A stretch of DNA of 64,000 nucleotides. Origin: Octopus sinensis (taxonomy: Eukaryota). Shown piece by piece: positions 37,647 through 51,396 of the stretch; the first letter of the stretch is position 1; every line of letters starts with the position of its first letter. Position numbers and translations under genes: made by a program. The notes under the pieces are model-generated. The model did no database searches. It was not told where the DNA came from and saw nothing but the letters and a program-made list of their open reading frames with translations. The stretch spans positions 65,472,001 to 65,536,000 of the forward strand of contig NC_043008.1 of assembly GCF_006345805.1 (NCBI RefSeq), given 5' to 3'.

Positions 37647-37917
37647 CGGTTTTTTTGACTATTTATTAAAATTTTATGTATTGATTAAGTCTTTCCTTGT
37701 TTGTTTTGCAAAATAGTGGTTTTGTCTCTAATAATATTTTATAATATTTTACTATAAAATTGGATTTAATCCTAAATCTGATTTTTTTCCCTGTAAATTT
37801 GGATTTATTCCCTAATATTTATTATTTATATATTTATATATATATACACATACACATAAACATGCACACATACATATACTACATGCATACATACGCATGT
37901 ATCTCTAGATGTATACA

Positions 37918-38006
<89 letters not shown>

Positions 38007-38027
38007 ACGCACACATACATGTACTTT

Positions 38028-38220
38028 TTGTCACTGTTTGTCCCCCAGTGCCGCTTGAGAACCCGTGTTGGTATATTTCTGTCACCGTAGCTTAGTGGTT
38101 TATGAAAAGAGACCGATAAAATAAGTACCAGATTGTGATTGATTCAATCAACTAAAAATTCTTCAGAGCGCTGCCCCAGCATGACTGCAATCTAATGTGG
38201 CTGAAACATGTAAAAGATAA
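38028..38220 (+). mobile_element. SINE family A, 3' half (tail-to-tail with next copy)
   Basis: gtttgtccccc...aaaagagaccgataaaataagtacc...ccccagcatgactgc. Confidence 0.8.
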
Positions 38221-38249
38221 ATGAAATACAATATATATATTCTTTTCAT

Positions 38250-38640
38250 TTATTCTTTTACTTGTTTCAGTCATTTGACTGCGGTCATGCAGGACCACCG
38301 CCATTAGTCGAACTGTTCACCTCCAGGACTTATTTTTTGTAAGCCTAGTACTTATTCTATCGTCTCTTTTGCCGACCCGCTACGTTACGGGGACGTAAAT
38401 GCACCAGCGTCGGTTGTCAAACGATTATGGTGGTATGGGGAACAAACACAGACAGACGCACACACAAATACACACACACACACACACAACACACACATAT
38501 ATATATATATATATACGACGGGCTTCTTTCTGTTTCCTTCTACCAAATCTACTCACAAATCTTTGGTCAGCTCGAGGCTGTTGTAGAATACACTTGCCCA
38601 AGATGCAATCTAGTGGCTCCGTGGTGTTGGGAAGCAAGCT
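38250..38640 (-). mobile_element. SINE family A, full length
   Basis: Both halves with internal (CA)n(TA)n. Confidence 0.88.
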
Positions 38641-38641
38641 T

Positions 38642-38879
38642 TGAGAGGAGAGTTACTAAGTGGTCTCCTTACATGCTGAGAAGAGATGTCAAATCCCCAA
38701 GCCACGCGTTGACGGTCGGTAGGCAGTTAATTCTATATTCCAAAGTTTCATCATTAATAATTAATAAAATTATCTGTGGATCTTCAGTAGAATTTACTTC
38801 ATGAATGTATTTCTGGTGGTTTGGGGATTTGACATCTCTTTTCGGCATGTACGGAGACCATTCAGTAACTCTCCTCTCA
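38642..38879. repeat. Inverted repeat with ~63-bp arms (38642-38704 / 38817-38879)
   Basis: gagaggagagttact...gtcaaatccccaagccac vs gtggtttggggatttgac...agtaactctcctctc; third arm copy at ~39348-39410. Confidence 0.9.
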
Positions 38880-38899
38880 GGGTGTAATTTATACACACG

Positions 38900-38942
<43 letters not shown>

Positions 38943-39429
38943 TATATATAAGAAAATTTATGGTCCACGGGGACAATTTTTTACGCATGGTGGTCACTGG
39001 TATAAATCATTATCTTAAATAATTTTTATCCTTATATATTTATTTAAGTATTTGAATTCGTGAGTCAGATGATTCACTGCTGATTTATTCTGGTTTCGCG
39101 CGTTGGTTGAACACATTTGAATTGAATTCACGATGTATAACGATAACATTTGATATGCACATGTGTCCTTTTGTGGTATGTATTTGAGTTTTATAATTAT
39201 ACATACCCAGCTGGTTGTACTGAAGATCCACAGATAATGTTATTAATTATTAATGGTGAAACTTCGGAGTATAAATTTAATTGGTCCTTTTAATTTTTTC
39301 AAATTATCTTGCCCGCCGACAGTCAACGTGCTAAGAATTTATTCTTCGTGGTTTGGGGATTTGACATCATTTTTCATCATGTAAGAAGACCACTTAGTGA
39401 CTCTCCCTTTAGTGTGTAATTTATACACA

Positions 39430-40279
<850 letters not shown>

Positions 40280-40314
40280 CACACACACACACACGCACAC
40301 ACACACACACACAG

Positions 40315-40346
<32 letters not shown>

Positions 40347-40935
40347 TGAATGTCTAGAATAGACTTGATTTGTTTTTAAAATGAATATTAAATTTTACTG
40401 GAATTTAAGTCCTTTATATAAACATTATCTTATAACAAAGCCAGATTTTATGTTGATGCACAACTAACATTTATAATTAGTAACTAAATTCGCTCATGTT
40501 TTTACCTTTTACTCTCGTCTTCATTAACCAACCTATCAGAAATTTCATTCTGCGATATGAACTCTGCAACTATCAGTGTGTGCTGAAATGTATAAATATA
40601 CACTTTGAGTTTTGAATAAATTGCCATCTTGCATTTTGAGTTTGCCAGAGATCATAACTATAATACTGCTTTTTTTTCTCTATTTGTACTTGCATTGTCT
40701 CAAGTATTTGCCATCTTAATGGAATTTGCTTCATGAAACATTTGTATTGTATGCAATATCAGAATTAGGTGATAGCAACATTCTAGAGTAATTATTACAA
40801 AAGTTAAACTTAGAATACTTCTATAGCTCGTTTTGATCAAAGTGTAGATGCCGTTGTGATCGTGGTGAAAACGAAAATCTATAACTTGCCTTTTCAGCAC
40901 ATCTTTCGATTAATCGTGATAATATTACCATCTGA

Positions 40936-41299
40936 TGGAAGCACTCCGTCGGTTACGACGACGAGGGTTCCGGTTGATCCGATCAACGGAACAGCCTGCT
41001 CGTGAAATTAACGTGTAAGTGGCTGAGCACTCCACAGACACGTGTACCCTTAACGTAGTTCTCGGGGATATTCAGCGTGACACAGAGAGTGAGAAGGCCG
41101 GCCCTTTGAAATACAGGTACAAGAGAAACAGGAAGTAAGAGTGAGAGAAAGTTGTGGTGAAAGAGTACGGCAGGGATCACCACCATCCCTGCCGGAGCCT
41201 CGTGGAGCTTTAGGTGTTTTCGCTCAATAAACACTTACAACGCCCGGTCTGGGAATCGAAACCACGAGTCCGCTGCCCTAACCACTGGGCCATTGCGCC
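40936..41299 (-). mobile_element. SINE family C, full length
   Basis: Reverse complement of 32125-32506. Confidence 0.93.
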
Positions 41300-41346
41300 A
41301 CACAATTATCATCTACATCTTCGTAGATAAATGGACATTTCAACCA

Positions 41347-41565
41347 CAGTAATCCCTCGGCATATCCGGGTTCACCTATTGTGGTTTATTATCTAAGCTT
41401 ATGTAGATTCCTCTGTGGTGTTGTTTTGCATTTATAATAAAATAAATATATGCAAATTATAAAAAGAATAGAAAAAATACAGTACAGTATTGTTTCTACT
41501 TCGTGGATTTTCACCTATCGCGAGGGTTTTGGAACGTAATACACGCGATAGTCGACAGATTACTG
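41347..41565. mobile_element. Tigger/pogo-like MITE
   Basis: Termini cagtaatccctcg / cgacagattactg and subterminal ttcacctat repeats. Confidence 0.6.
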
Positions 41566-43085
41566 CATTTCATTTGCAGTGAGATTGTTTTTACAAACAT
41601 ACAAATTTTTTCCATGATTTTTAATTTCACAATAAAATTTAGCATGTTTTTCTTTTAAATTTCTTCATGCTGTCTTTTGATATAATGATATGCCATGAAA
41701 GAGGAATTCGATTTCTACCTAGAATTTACCAAGTCTAAACGGAACACTTTGCCTCACGATCTCAAGAAATAGTTTTGCGTAATTTGAGGGAAAATGTCAT
41801 ATTGTTATTTTCATCCAAACGGGGAAATATCAACATATTATATTGTATATCAAATGTGCTAAAGCCGACGTTAATGTTGATATATTGACAGTCAATAAAC
41901 AGACCGTTTCATAAAGGATACAAAATACTTTTGTAAGATACTCCACTTTACTAATATACAAGCACGTTTTCATTTGAGAGAACGAGTTGTCCAAGGGATT
42001 CGCTGATGATATACATGAACACAGTTATATCACCATTCAAAAGTCACCTGTCTTCAGTACTGGATTTGATTTTCCCGGACAGCTATCATGATGATGATGA
42101 CGATCTAAGAAGAAAGGATAGAAAAGTTTTCATTGATATAAGAAGGTAACAGTTTAAAAGAATCTGTGTTACTTTCCTTTGTACATTTCAAAAGGCTCTC
42201 ACTCTTATTCTTTTCCATTCCTTCTCCCTTTCAATCTATTTCTCACTCATCCTCTCTCTCTTTCTCCTTCATATTTGTTTTTCAGTCATACTGGATAGTT
42301 TCAACGATATTCTAGTTATAACTAGATGCATTGTATTCTTCTATATCGTCAAGATAATTGTATTCTGAACGAAGTTAGCATTGTCTTCCTGTCACTAGGG
42401 AACTGATTCGAGAGCCTTATCTTAGATTTTGAGCACAGAGATTATTTCCTGTTGGAACCAGTTTCTGCTGACAATTTTCAATGAATTATATGAAAGAATC
42501 AATGAATGGTTTGTAATTCTCTGAATGTTATGGAATTCAATGAATGGTATGTAATTTTGTGAATGTTATATAATTCTACGAATGCTATGTATGACGGTTA
42601 ATGGACTGTCCAATCTTCTTTATTCATATTCTTCCTGATGCTACTGAAAAACCTTATATTTCTAATGAAATGAAGGAATCATTCTCTTCTTTAGTGATAA
42701 ATGTTTCATACGATTAATTGGAGACATCATGTCCTACACTAAAATTCAAAAATGATGAAAATAATAATAATATTAATAATAATGAAAGTTAATAATTATA
42801 ATTAGAAGACCATCCATAATCTCTGTCTCTCTTTATCTTCCTCTCTCTCTCTTTCTCTTTCTTTATATATATATATCTATATACACACACACACACATAC
42901 ATATGTCTATACTTACACACATATGAATACTCATACAGCTATACATATATACATATATGCATACATAATATGCATATATCTACATGTGTGTGTGTGCGTG
43001 TGAGTGTGTGAACGAAAGGAATAAATGAAAGGCAACAACAAAAATAGACTAATAAGGTTGCAAGTATGTATGCATATATAATAAA

Positions 43086-43596
43086 CTAGCAGTATCGCCC
43101 GGCGTTGCACGGGTTTGTAAGGGAAATAACTATATAAGCATTTTTAGAGAGTTACTTCCCTCATAGATGCCAATTCGGGCTTTCTTAGCCATTTCTGTTT
43201 TGGTGTCTTCAAGCCATGAAGTCGTTGTTCTAAAAGAACGCTGGTCTCCTTGACAACGCTTTACGACGTTGATTTCCTTACACTCCCTTCCCCACAGCTT
43301 CACGAGGGATGGAAGAAGGGGGAGAAGCAAACAGGTGCAGGTGTGACCATGGACGCCAACTCCGCCGCCATCGACACACGAAAAATTATGCATTAAAATG
43401 GAATAAAAAATGATGTTAAATTATTTTTAAAATCGTAGACTCATCGTAGACGCGCGCTAATACTCAGACGGGCTCGATATGAATCACGACTATAAGATAC
43501 CCGAATTTGGTTAAACTGCACCGCAAAATGTGGGAGTAGTTAGGAATCTAAATCGAAGGGGACAGACACTCACACAACTACAGTTTTATATATAGA
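43086..43596 (-). mobile_element. Non-autonomous Helitron, copy 2
   Basis: TC...hairpin...CTAG on the minus strand; near-identical to 17021-17532. Confidence 0.9.
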
Positions 43597-43790
43597 TATA
43601 TATATATGCACATACATATACACACATACGCAAAGAACACACACAAATGCAAAAACAAGCACTTACATAAGTTTGTTTTCTGGAAAACCCGCTGTCGCCC
43701 TTGTATACCGGTTTCCCCTCTTCGCACCACGGATGTTGTCCAAGGAAGACGCAAAGGCCGATACAGGTAGAGAGGGCTTAAGCCAACAGG

Positions 43791-43860
43791 TTTTGTGATC
43801 TGATGAAACGCCATAAACCAAACCCCTTTATGGCGTAGAAACCTAAGGTAATCCCATAAA
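43791..43860 (+). ncRNA. Type I hammerhead ribozyme with 10-bp stem II
   Basis: ttttgtgat-CTGATGA-a-acgccataaa[ccaaacccc]tttatggcgt-a-GAAA-cctaagGTA-atcccataaa. Core intact; A.A at the base of stem II; stem I imperfect. Confidence 0.8.
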
Positions 43861-43895
43861 CCGGCCTTATCTAAATTTGATATATATGTATGTAT

Positions 43896-43936
<41 letters not shown>

Positions 43937-43956
43937 GTAATATATATATGTATATA

Positions 43957-44009
<53 letters not shown>

Positions 44010-44010
44010 G

Positions 44011-44112
<102 letters not shown>

Positions 44113-44141
44113 TATAGAGAGAGAGAGAGAGAGAACTTGAG

Positions 44142-44180
<39 letters not shown>

Positions 44181-44473
44181 AAGCTATTGAAAAGGCGACT
44201 ATGTTCTCAATTCATCTATACTATGCGTATGTTTTAAATTCATCTATTCTCTAGAAGAGAGAATTAGTATTTAGCAATGTTACCAGGCCATCTGAACCTA
44301 ATCTACAGGATTTGAAATAGTTTTAATTCGACTTTTACTTTTAACAGCGGGCATTTTGACAGTTAGGGTGTCTGATTTCAATACCATCAAACTTATATCT
44401 GTAACATGTTCGTATTATATCAGGGAATTTAGGTATATTATATTATGTTATATTATATATTGAAGTGAAGACG

Positions 44474-44745
44474 GACGGCCCAATGATTAGAGCGTCGGGC
44501 TCATAACCGTGATGTTGTGAAAGCGATTCCCTGACCGAGCTACGTGTTGTGTTCCTGAACAAGCCCCTTTATTTCATGTTGCCCCTGTTCACTCAGCTGT
44601 CGAAATAAGGTGCGATGCCACTGGCGCCAAGCCGTATCGGACTTTACCTTTTCCTCGAACAACATCTGTGGTGCGAAGAAAGGAGACTGGTATGTATGGC
44701 CGTTAGGTCTTCCACAAAACATCCTCGTCCAGATTTGTGCCTCGA
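44474..44745 (+). mobile_element. Decayed tRNA-derived SINE related to family D
   Basis: ggcccaatgattagagcgtcgggctca...gtgttgtgttcctgaacaag. Confidence 0.6.
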
Positions 44746-45838
44746 AGGGGAAATTTCTAGGTGCAATCCCATGGTTATTCCTGACAGAAGTGAGTTTTTA
44801 CCCGTTCCTTTTATGCGTATATTGTGTATCTGTGTGTGCGCGCGCACTCGTGTATGCATTTGTGTGTGCGTGGACATGACGATGAACAACATCCTTAAGC
44901 ATCTAAATAATTACTATTTTGTTTTTTTTGTATATATATATAATACTATCATTGCTGCCTTATTCGAGATATCTTTAGATGTACATACAGTGATTTTTTA
45001 CATTTTATAGACATATCATTTTGAAGTGAGATAGAATTCTTTTATAAATGCAAAATATGATGATACTCTTCTCCAGTTTTTTGTGCACACCTTGCTCATT
45101 CTTCTGAGGAATGCGATAGTAGGAAATATTCTAGAATCCTTGAACTATACCAATCAACGGTACACTGAGGTAGAGGCGGTTAATGGGAGCAATAAACGTA
45201 GATTCCATGAAAGCAGCAGAGAGGTCGATGCGAAGGTAAAAAGACTGGGGAAAAATAAGATAGTAAGGTGGAGTTAAATACATTAAAATACTTAACAGAC
45301 CTCAATTGAACTCTGTCGTTTTTTAAGTTTTTATTTTCGTTTAAAATGACTTTTGAATCACTCCTGTATTATATGTGCGCATGAAAAGCTGTGTATATAT
45401 ATACATTTATACACACACACTCTCACACACATACACACACACACACATATATATATGTATATATATATATATATATAAGCTTACACTCACATATACACAC
45501 ACAGATACATGCATATATATATATATATATTAATATAGATTAATAAATATATAGATGTGCAATGTATTCGCACACACACACACTCACACACTCATACACA
45601 CACACGTATAGATTTACAATACTCATCAAGGTGGAGTAACTGTCATTGAATACAAACAGTTAATGATCTCCCTGCTGGCTACAACTGTCTCGCTGCCTAA
45701 TACCGTCTGGCGACGTATTCCATCGCCGTTTTCTTCGGATTTCGAAGATTTTAACGTATAATACCGTCTAAGCTTCACGAAATCTGAGATCAGTGTTAAT
45801 ACCACTACTATTACTACTACACCTACTACTACTATTAA

Positions 45839-45874
<36 letters not shown>

Positions 45875-46626
45875 AACTCCTACTATTACTACCACCACCA
45901 ACACTTCTTCTTCTTCTACTACTACTACTACTACTACTACTAATAATAATAATAATAATAATATAATAATAATAATAATAATAATAACAATGATAATAAC
46001 AACAACAACAACAACGATACTAATAATAGTTAAATAAATAAAACTTCTTCAATTCTTATAAAATTCTCTAAGTTATCAAGAATATATAAGTATGGGTTAT
46101 ATAAATAAAACAAAATAGCAAACGTCTATTTATTTGTTTCATTTGAATAAAACAGGAGCAGCGTATATCGTAGGTAGTGCTATACCGTTTCACAAACTCA
46201 AATAGAATGCACAAAGTAATGCAAATTTATTGATCATTGTGAGTGTCTGAGGGTAAAATCATGGGGTTGCTCCACCAGCTCGAAATTATAAAAGAATTTA
46301 CCCTCATATATCTATCTTACAATCAAAAGAGTATATGAGATAAAGATAACGTCCTAAAATCCAGAATTCTTGATAGGCTTAAAAAGATACAACAGGTATT
46401 TTGGTAAGTTATGGGTTATAGTTCTGACAGATCGGCTACCGTTTGGACTTCGGTCAAGTATTTAAAATGTACTGTTGTTTTTTTTATTGTTATTGAAATT
46501 TTGTGGTTTTTGTTTCCTGCTGCTGTTTAGCTGGAAATTATCCCTGATCCTTAAAATTATGGTATACACACGCCTTTACGCTCCCAGACATATATACATA
46601 TTTGTATATTACAATACACACACATA

Positions 46627-46981
46627 TCTATTATATAAATCCGTTCTGTCCGTCTGTCTGTGTGTCTTCTAGGATCTCGGGCATCCTCCATACGATTGCG
46701 CTCAAATTTGATATGTAGGTACCGACGGTATCAGAGCGTATATAAATCTTGAAAACATTACAAAAATCGATTTCAGGTGGGCATGCGATCGATAAAGCAT
46801 TCTTTGGAATAGAAAATAGTCTATCTTTATTTCTCTTTTTTCCTGGTGTCTCAAATTTAGTTTAAATCAGTGTTTCTCAAGGGGGAGGCCTATGGGAAGG
46901 TCGGACAAGTTGCTTTGAGAAAATTTGGTTTTAATGTTTAACAGCTCAGCAACGTCCACTGGGCGGGGGGCGTTTTGCTCG
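46627..46981 (+). mobile_element. Older non-autonomous Helitron of a second subfamily
   Basis: Starts A|TCtattatataaa...ctgtccgtctgtctg; ends gcaacg...gggc...tgCTCG|T (decayed CTAG). Confidence 0.65.
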
Positions 46982-47053
46982 TATATGAATACACATATAT
47001 ATCTTTATCTATGTATGTAACTATCTATATACGTATGTATGTATGCATGCATG

Positions 47054-47148
<95 letters not shown>

Positions 47149-47454
47149 TATGTATGTATGTACAGAAAGTGTACAGGAGTGTTTCGTCGGAGAATCTGAA
47201 ATTTTAAGATAACATTTGCTTCTTTATCGTTTTCATCACTCTTTACAATTTTGTTCCAGTTGCTTTCAAATTTGGTAAATGGAATAAGTTTTGTACACTA
47301 ATTATGATAATGTTATTTATTTTCCCTATAAATCCATAATTAAAAAGTAATTAGCCCTTAAAATTTTCAAAATTTGTGTATTTTAGCCAATCAGAAGCGA
47401 GTATTTTACACATCACCGTGGTCAAGAATTCTGTTTCCGAAGTAGCCAAAGATG

Positions 47455-47620
47455 CTGCGCATGCGCACAAGGGGTGTAACCACCAAATTGAGTGTAATCA
47501 GCCAAATGAGAGTACCTGGTCATCTTTGAAGAGTGGAAAAAAACACCGGTGTGGGACACACCGTTCCCTCGTTGACTCTTATGCCTGGGAATTTATGTGA
47601 AGGAGGAGATATGAGAAACA
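47455..47620 (+). pseudogene. Merlin (IS1016-like) transposase C-terminal fragment
   Basis: HKGCNH...NESTWSSLKSGKKHRCGTHRSLVDSYAWEFM*RRRY matches H..VNH / IESTW..K / SYL.EFMWRR. Confidence 0.8.
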
Positions 47621-47701
47621 TCATTTATTTTATTAAATCTTAGAGGGTATTGCAAACTTTCGTTCTTGAATTATTAAAACTAATAAATGTTTGTTTTAAG
47701 C

Positions 47702-47899
47702 AATGTTTTGACTGTTATTTCTAGCAACTCGTATTGATTTGCTCATAGCTTTTAGATATTTAATTTGCTCGTGAATGTTTTTCAATGTTTTCACTGCTTA
47801 CTTTGCTCGAGTATATTTTAATGTTTTGACTGTTATTTCTAGCAACTCCTGTTGATTTGTTTGCTCGTAGCTTTTAAATATTCAATTTGCTCGCGAATG
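47702..47899 (+). repeat. Two ~78-bp direct repeats
   Basis: aatgttttgactgttatttctagcaactc...aatttgctcg.gaatg at 47702 and 47820. Confidence 0.85.
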
Positions 47900-48654
47900 G
47901 TTTTTTAGTTTACTGTAGCTAGTTTAATGTTTTGACATGCCGATGTACCCCCAACACCACCTCCGATGATAGAAGAAGTAGCAAACGCACTGTTTTCTGA
48001 CTGGCTGAAAATTCTAAAACTTATCCAACTTTGAACATCTGTAACATTTTGGCAAAATTTTTCGAGAATAAATGAATAACGAATTCAGATTCAGCGTCAA
48101 AAATTCATCCATATGATACATTAAAATATTTTTTTAAAGATAATTCTAAACAGTGACGAAAACCACAAAATCCCAATATTCTCCTTAAGGTTAAAAATCA
48201 CAGAGGAAAATTAACCGAAAATCAACACATATCACTTACTATATGTTTGAGAAACTGGCTGCAACTGATGAGGAACACAAGAGTGCATGAGTTTACATGC
48301 ATAGACAGGAATTACTAAGAGATGGAGAGAGTTTGTGAGCGGCAAACAAGTGAAGGAAAACAGAAAAAGGAAGAGAACCATGCAAAACACATATGTATAC
48401 ATGTAAATAGATAAAGAGATAGATAGCTAGATACTCACACCACTTATATATGTGTGTGTGTGTATGACGGATCCTTTTTTTTAATATAACAACTATCTCT
48501 ACCTTCATTTATTACTGGCCCGGTCGTCATCACTAAACTATACCTCACAACAAATCCCACAACCAAGAGTAACATCAGCGTCATCACAACAGCCTCTGTT
48601 TTCATTTCATTTCCATGCCAACAGCACCATCTCTGAAACCAGTACTATTATCAT

Positions 48655-48836
48655 TAATAGTGGTTTCAAATTTTGGCACAAGGCCAGCAATTTAGGGAGA
48701 GGGAGTAAGTCGATTACATCGACTCCACTTCTCCACTGGTACTTATTTTATCGACCCCGAAAGAATGAAAGACCAAATCGACCTAGGCGGAATTTGAATT
48801 TAGAACGTAAAGACAGACGAAATGTGGCTAAGCATC
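48655..48836 (-). mobile_element. SINE family B
   Basis: ggtacttattttatcgaccccgaaagaatgaaag...ggcggaatttgaa. Confidence 0.88.
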
Positions 48837-48855
48837 AGCAAAAATAAATACTCTC

Positions 48856-49261
48856 TTTTTCTTTTACTCTGTTTTACTTGTTTCAGTCATTTGACTGTGG
48901 CCATGCTGGAGCACCGCCTTTAGTCGAGCAAATCGACCCCAGGACTTATTCTTTTTAAGCCTATTACTTATACTATTGGTCTCTTTTGCCGAACCGCTAA
49001 GTTACGGAGACGTAAACACACCAGCATCGGTTGTCAAACGATGTCGGGGGACAAAAACAGACACACAAACGCACACACATATATATACAAATATATACGA
49101 CGGGCTTCTTTTCAGTTTCCGTCTACAAAATCCACTCACAAGGCTTTGGTCGGCCCGAAGCTATAGTAGAAGACACTTGCCCAAGGTGCCACGCAATGGG
49201 ACTGAATCCGGAACCATGTGGTTCGTAAGCAAGCTACTTACCACACAGCCACTCCTACGCC
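48856..49261 (-). mobile_element. SINE family A, full length, well preserved
   Basis: Complete head, internal microsatellite and tail. Confidence 0.93.
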
Positions 49262-49935
49262 TATAAATAGATTAATTAATTAATTAATTAATTGACTCTA
49301 CTATCGTTTAGATCAGCTTCGTTCCCACAACCGCCACAATTGCATCCAGCATCAACAATCAACGCTGCAAATAACAAGAATATCATTCACAAACTAATAC
49401 AAGTATTGACAGCATTACCGCCATTGCCGCATACACCATCCTCATCGCTACCAATACCAACGCCCCCATTAAAATCGAGGCCAGCAGCAATACCAATATC
49501 ATCACTTAATATCACTTCGTTCATTATCACTATTATCATTGAAACGATCACCACCAACAGCAACACAGCAACAACAAGAAAAGCAGTAACGACACCAACA
49601 ACATGCAGATGTATTAGCGCTGAACGCAAACCACCGCCAGAACACCAAACATTCCTTATTGTTATGATCAACATTATAGCAAAAGTAATCTTGAGAAATC
49701 ATTGGTGTCTACTTGCAGAATATCAGACATTGCCTGAAGTGTCAAGAATCTCAGAAGTTTTCTGCAACTGCATTTAGACACACAGCTCAAACGCCAGCGC
49801 ACACACTCACACACACACACTCACACTCAAACATACACTACACACAGGCACATACACACGTTTACACATATATATAAATAAAAAGAGATAATATAGATAT
49901 ATATGTATATGTACATACATACATACATATATATG

Positions 49936-49981
<46 letters not shown>

Positions 49982-50016
49982 TATACGTGTGTGTGTGTAT
50001 ATATATATTGGCACAG

Positions 50017-50174
50017 AAGTGGCTGTGTGGTAACAAGCTTGCTTCCCAACCACATGGTACCCGGTTCAGTCCTACTGCGTTGCACCTTGGCCAAGTGTCT
50101 TCCATTATAACCTCGGGACGACTAGAGCCTTACGAGTGGATTTGGTACACAGAAACAGAAAGATTCCCGTCGTA
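50017..50174 (+). mobile_element. SINE family A, 5' half
   Basis: gtggctgtgtggtaacaagcttgc...cggttcagtcc. Confidence 0.88.
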
Positions 50175-50417
50175 TATATAGTTCACTCTCTCCCTTTTTC
50201 TCTTGTCCCACCCTTCTGCTCCTATGCCTCTACCTCTCTACTCTCTTCCCACCTGACCGGTGTTCGGCCAACCCTGACCTTTTTTCTTTGTTCGACTACC
50301 ATCAGAGCAACATCTATATTCCTTCACATGCCTGTCATCTCTTATGTTCCTACCATAAGGCTTCACGTCCACACACACCAGTTTAATTTAATTCGTTCTT
50401 AGACGAAAGTCACCTGT

Positions 50418-50582
50418 TGTTATGTCCTGTTGTTTGCTTTTGTATTTGTGTACAAATTCTCCGCTTTTTTTCCCGTTCTTGCTTTCGTATACATTCGATG
50501 CTTTCTTCCAAGGAATCTAATACTCTTAGCTTTGTTTTTGCTTGGGGCTGGCCATATTGGAGCAATCTCGAGTATAACCGTG

Positions 50583-50649
<67 letters not shown>

Positions 50650-50666
50650 ATAATATATATATATAT

Positions 50667-50697
<31 letters not shown>

Positions 50698-51396
50698 ATG
50701 TGTGTGTGTGTGTATGTATATATGTATGTATGTATGCATGTGTGTTTGTATGGATGTGTGTATGTATTTATATCCCTGAAACGGATGGGGTGTTGCATGT
50801 TTTATTAAGATATCTCATTTCACGCCTCTCCAGCTACCTCGCAGAATTGGGTAACACTCTTGTATTTGGGCACTCCTCACCCCATCCAGCTGCTTTATCC
50901 CCTATGACTAGAAAGATAAAGGTGGGAAGGCCGAAGGTTAACGGTAACACTTAGTGAGTATAGAGGTGCCTACAACAATTAGAGATAGCATGATACATGC
51001 TCGACGCCATGCTCCTTTCAAGCAACATATCTTTATGTGCGTGTGTGTGCACATGTGCAACTATTTATATACATATAAGCATATTTTATATATATACAAA
51101 CTGGGACAAGAACGCAAAACATTCAGAAGACGATACAAAAAACACGGACGAGTCATTCGAAGCCTTCAATCTTCAGACAAGAACCGGATCATCCTCGAAA
51201 TTTCGGCTGATTAATCTTGAGATTGCTCCAATCTGGCCAGCCCCAAGGAAGAACGAAGCTAAGCGCATTAGATTCCTTTGAAAAAAGCTTCGAATGTATA
51301 CGAAACAAGGAGGGAAAACCGGACGATGTTACACAAATATGAATACAAACATAATACGAAAAAACAACAATAATAATAATAACAATAACAGGACAT
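50418..51396. repeat. Inverted pair of a ~155-bp repeat segment (50418-50572 / 51216-51396)
   Basis: cttggggctggccatattggagcaatctcgag vs cttgagattgctccaatctggccagccccaag, and flanks. Confidence 0.85.

Noticed and set aside
45100-45140. CTGAGGA...GAAA hammerhead-like spacing
   Set aside because: No stem II pairing and a mismatched stem III.
45626-45800. Non-repetitive GC-balanced stretch with open frames on both strands
   Set aside because: No recognisable motif or convincing splice pair; the ORF start derives from the adjacent (TAC)n repeat.
47702-47899. Repeat-spacer-repeat pattern as CRISPR-like
   Set aside because: Only two 78-bp units, eukaryotic context, adjacent to a Merlin remnant.
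49292-49777. 161-aa T/P/N-rich ORF
   Set aside because: Decayed CAN-type trinucleotide low-complexity sequence with no domain signal; similar to 3707-3960.
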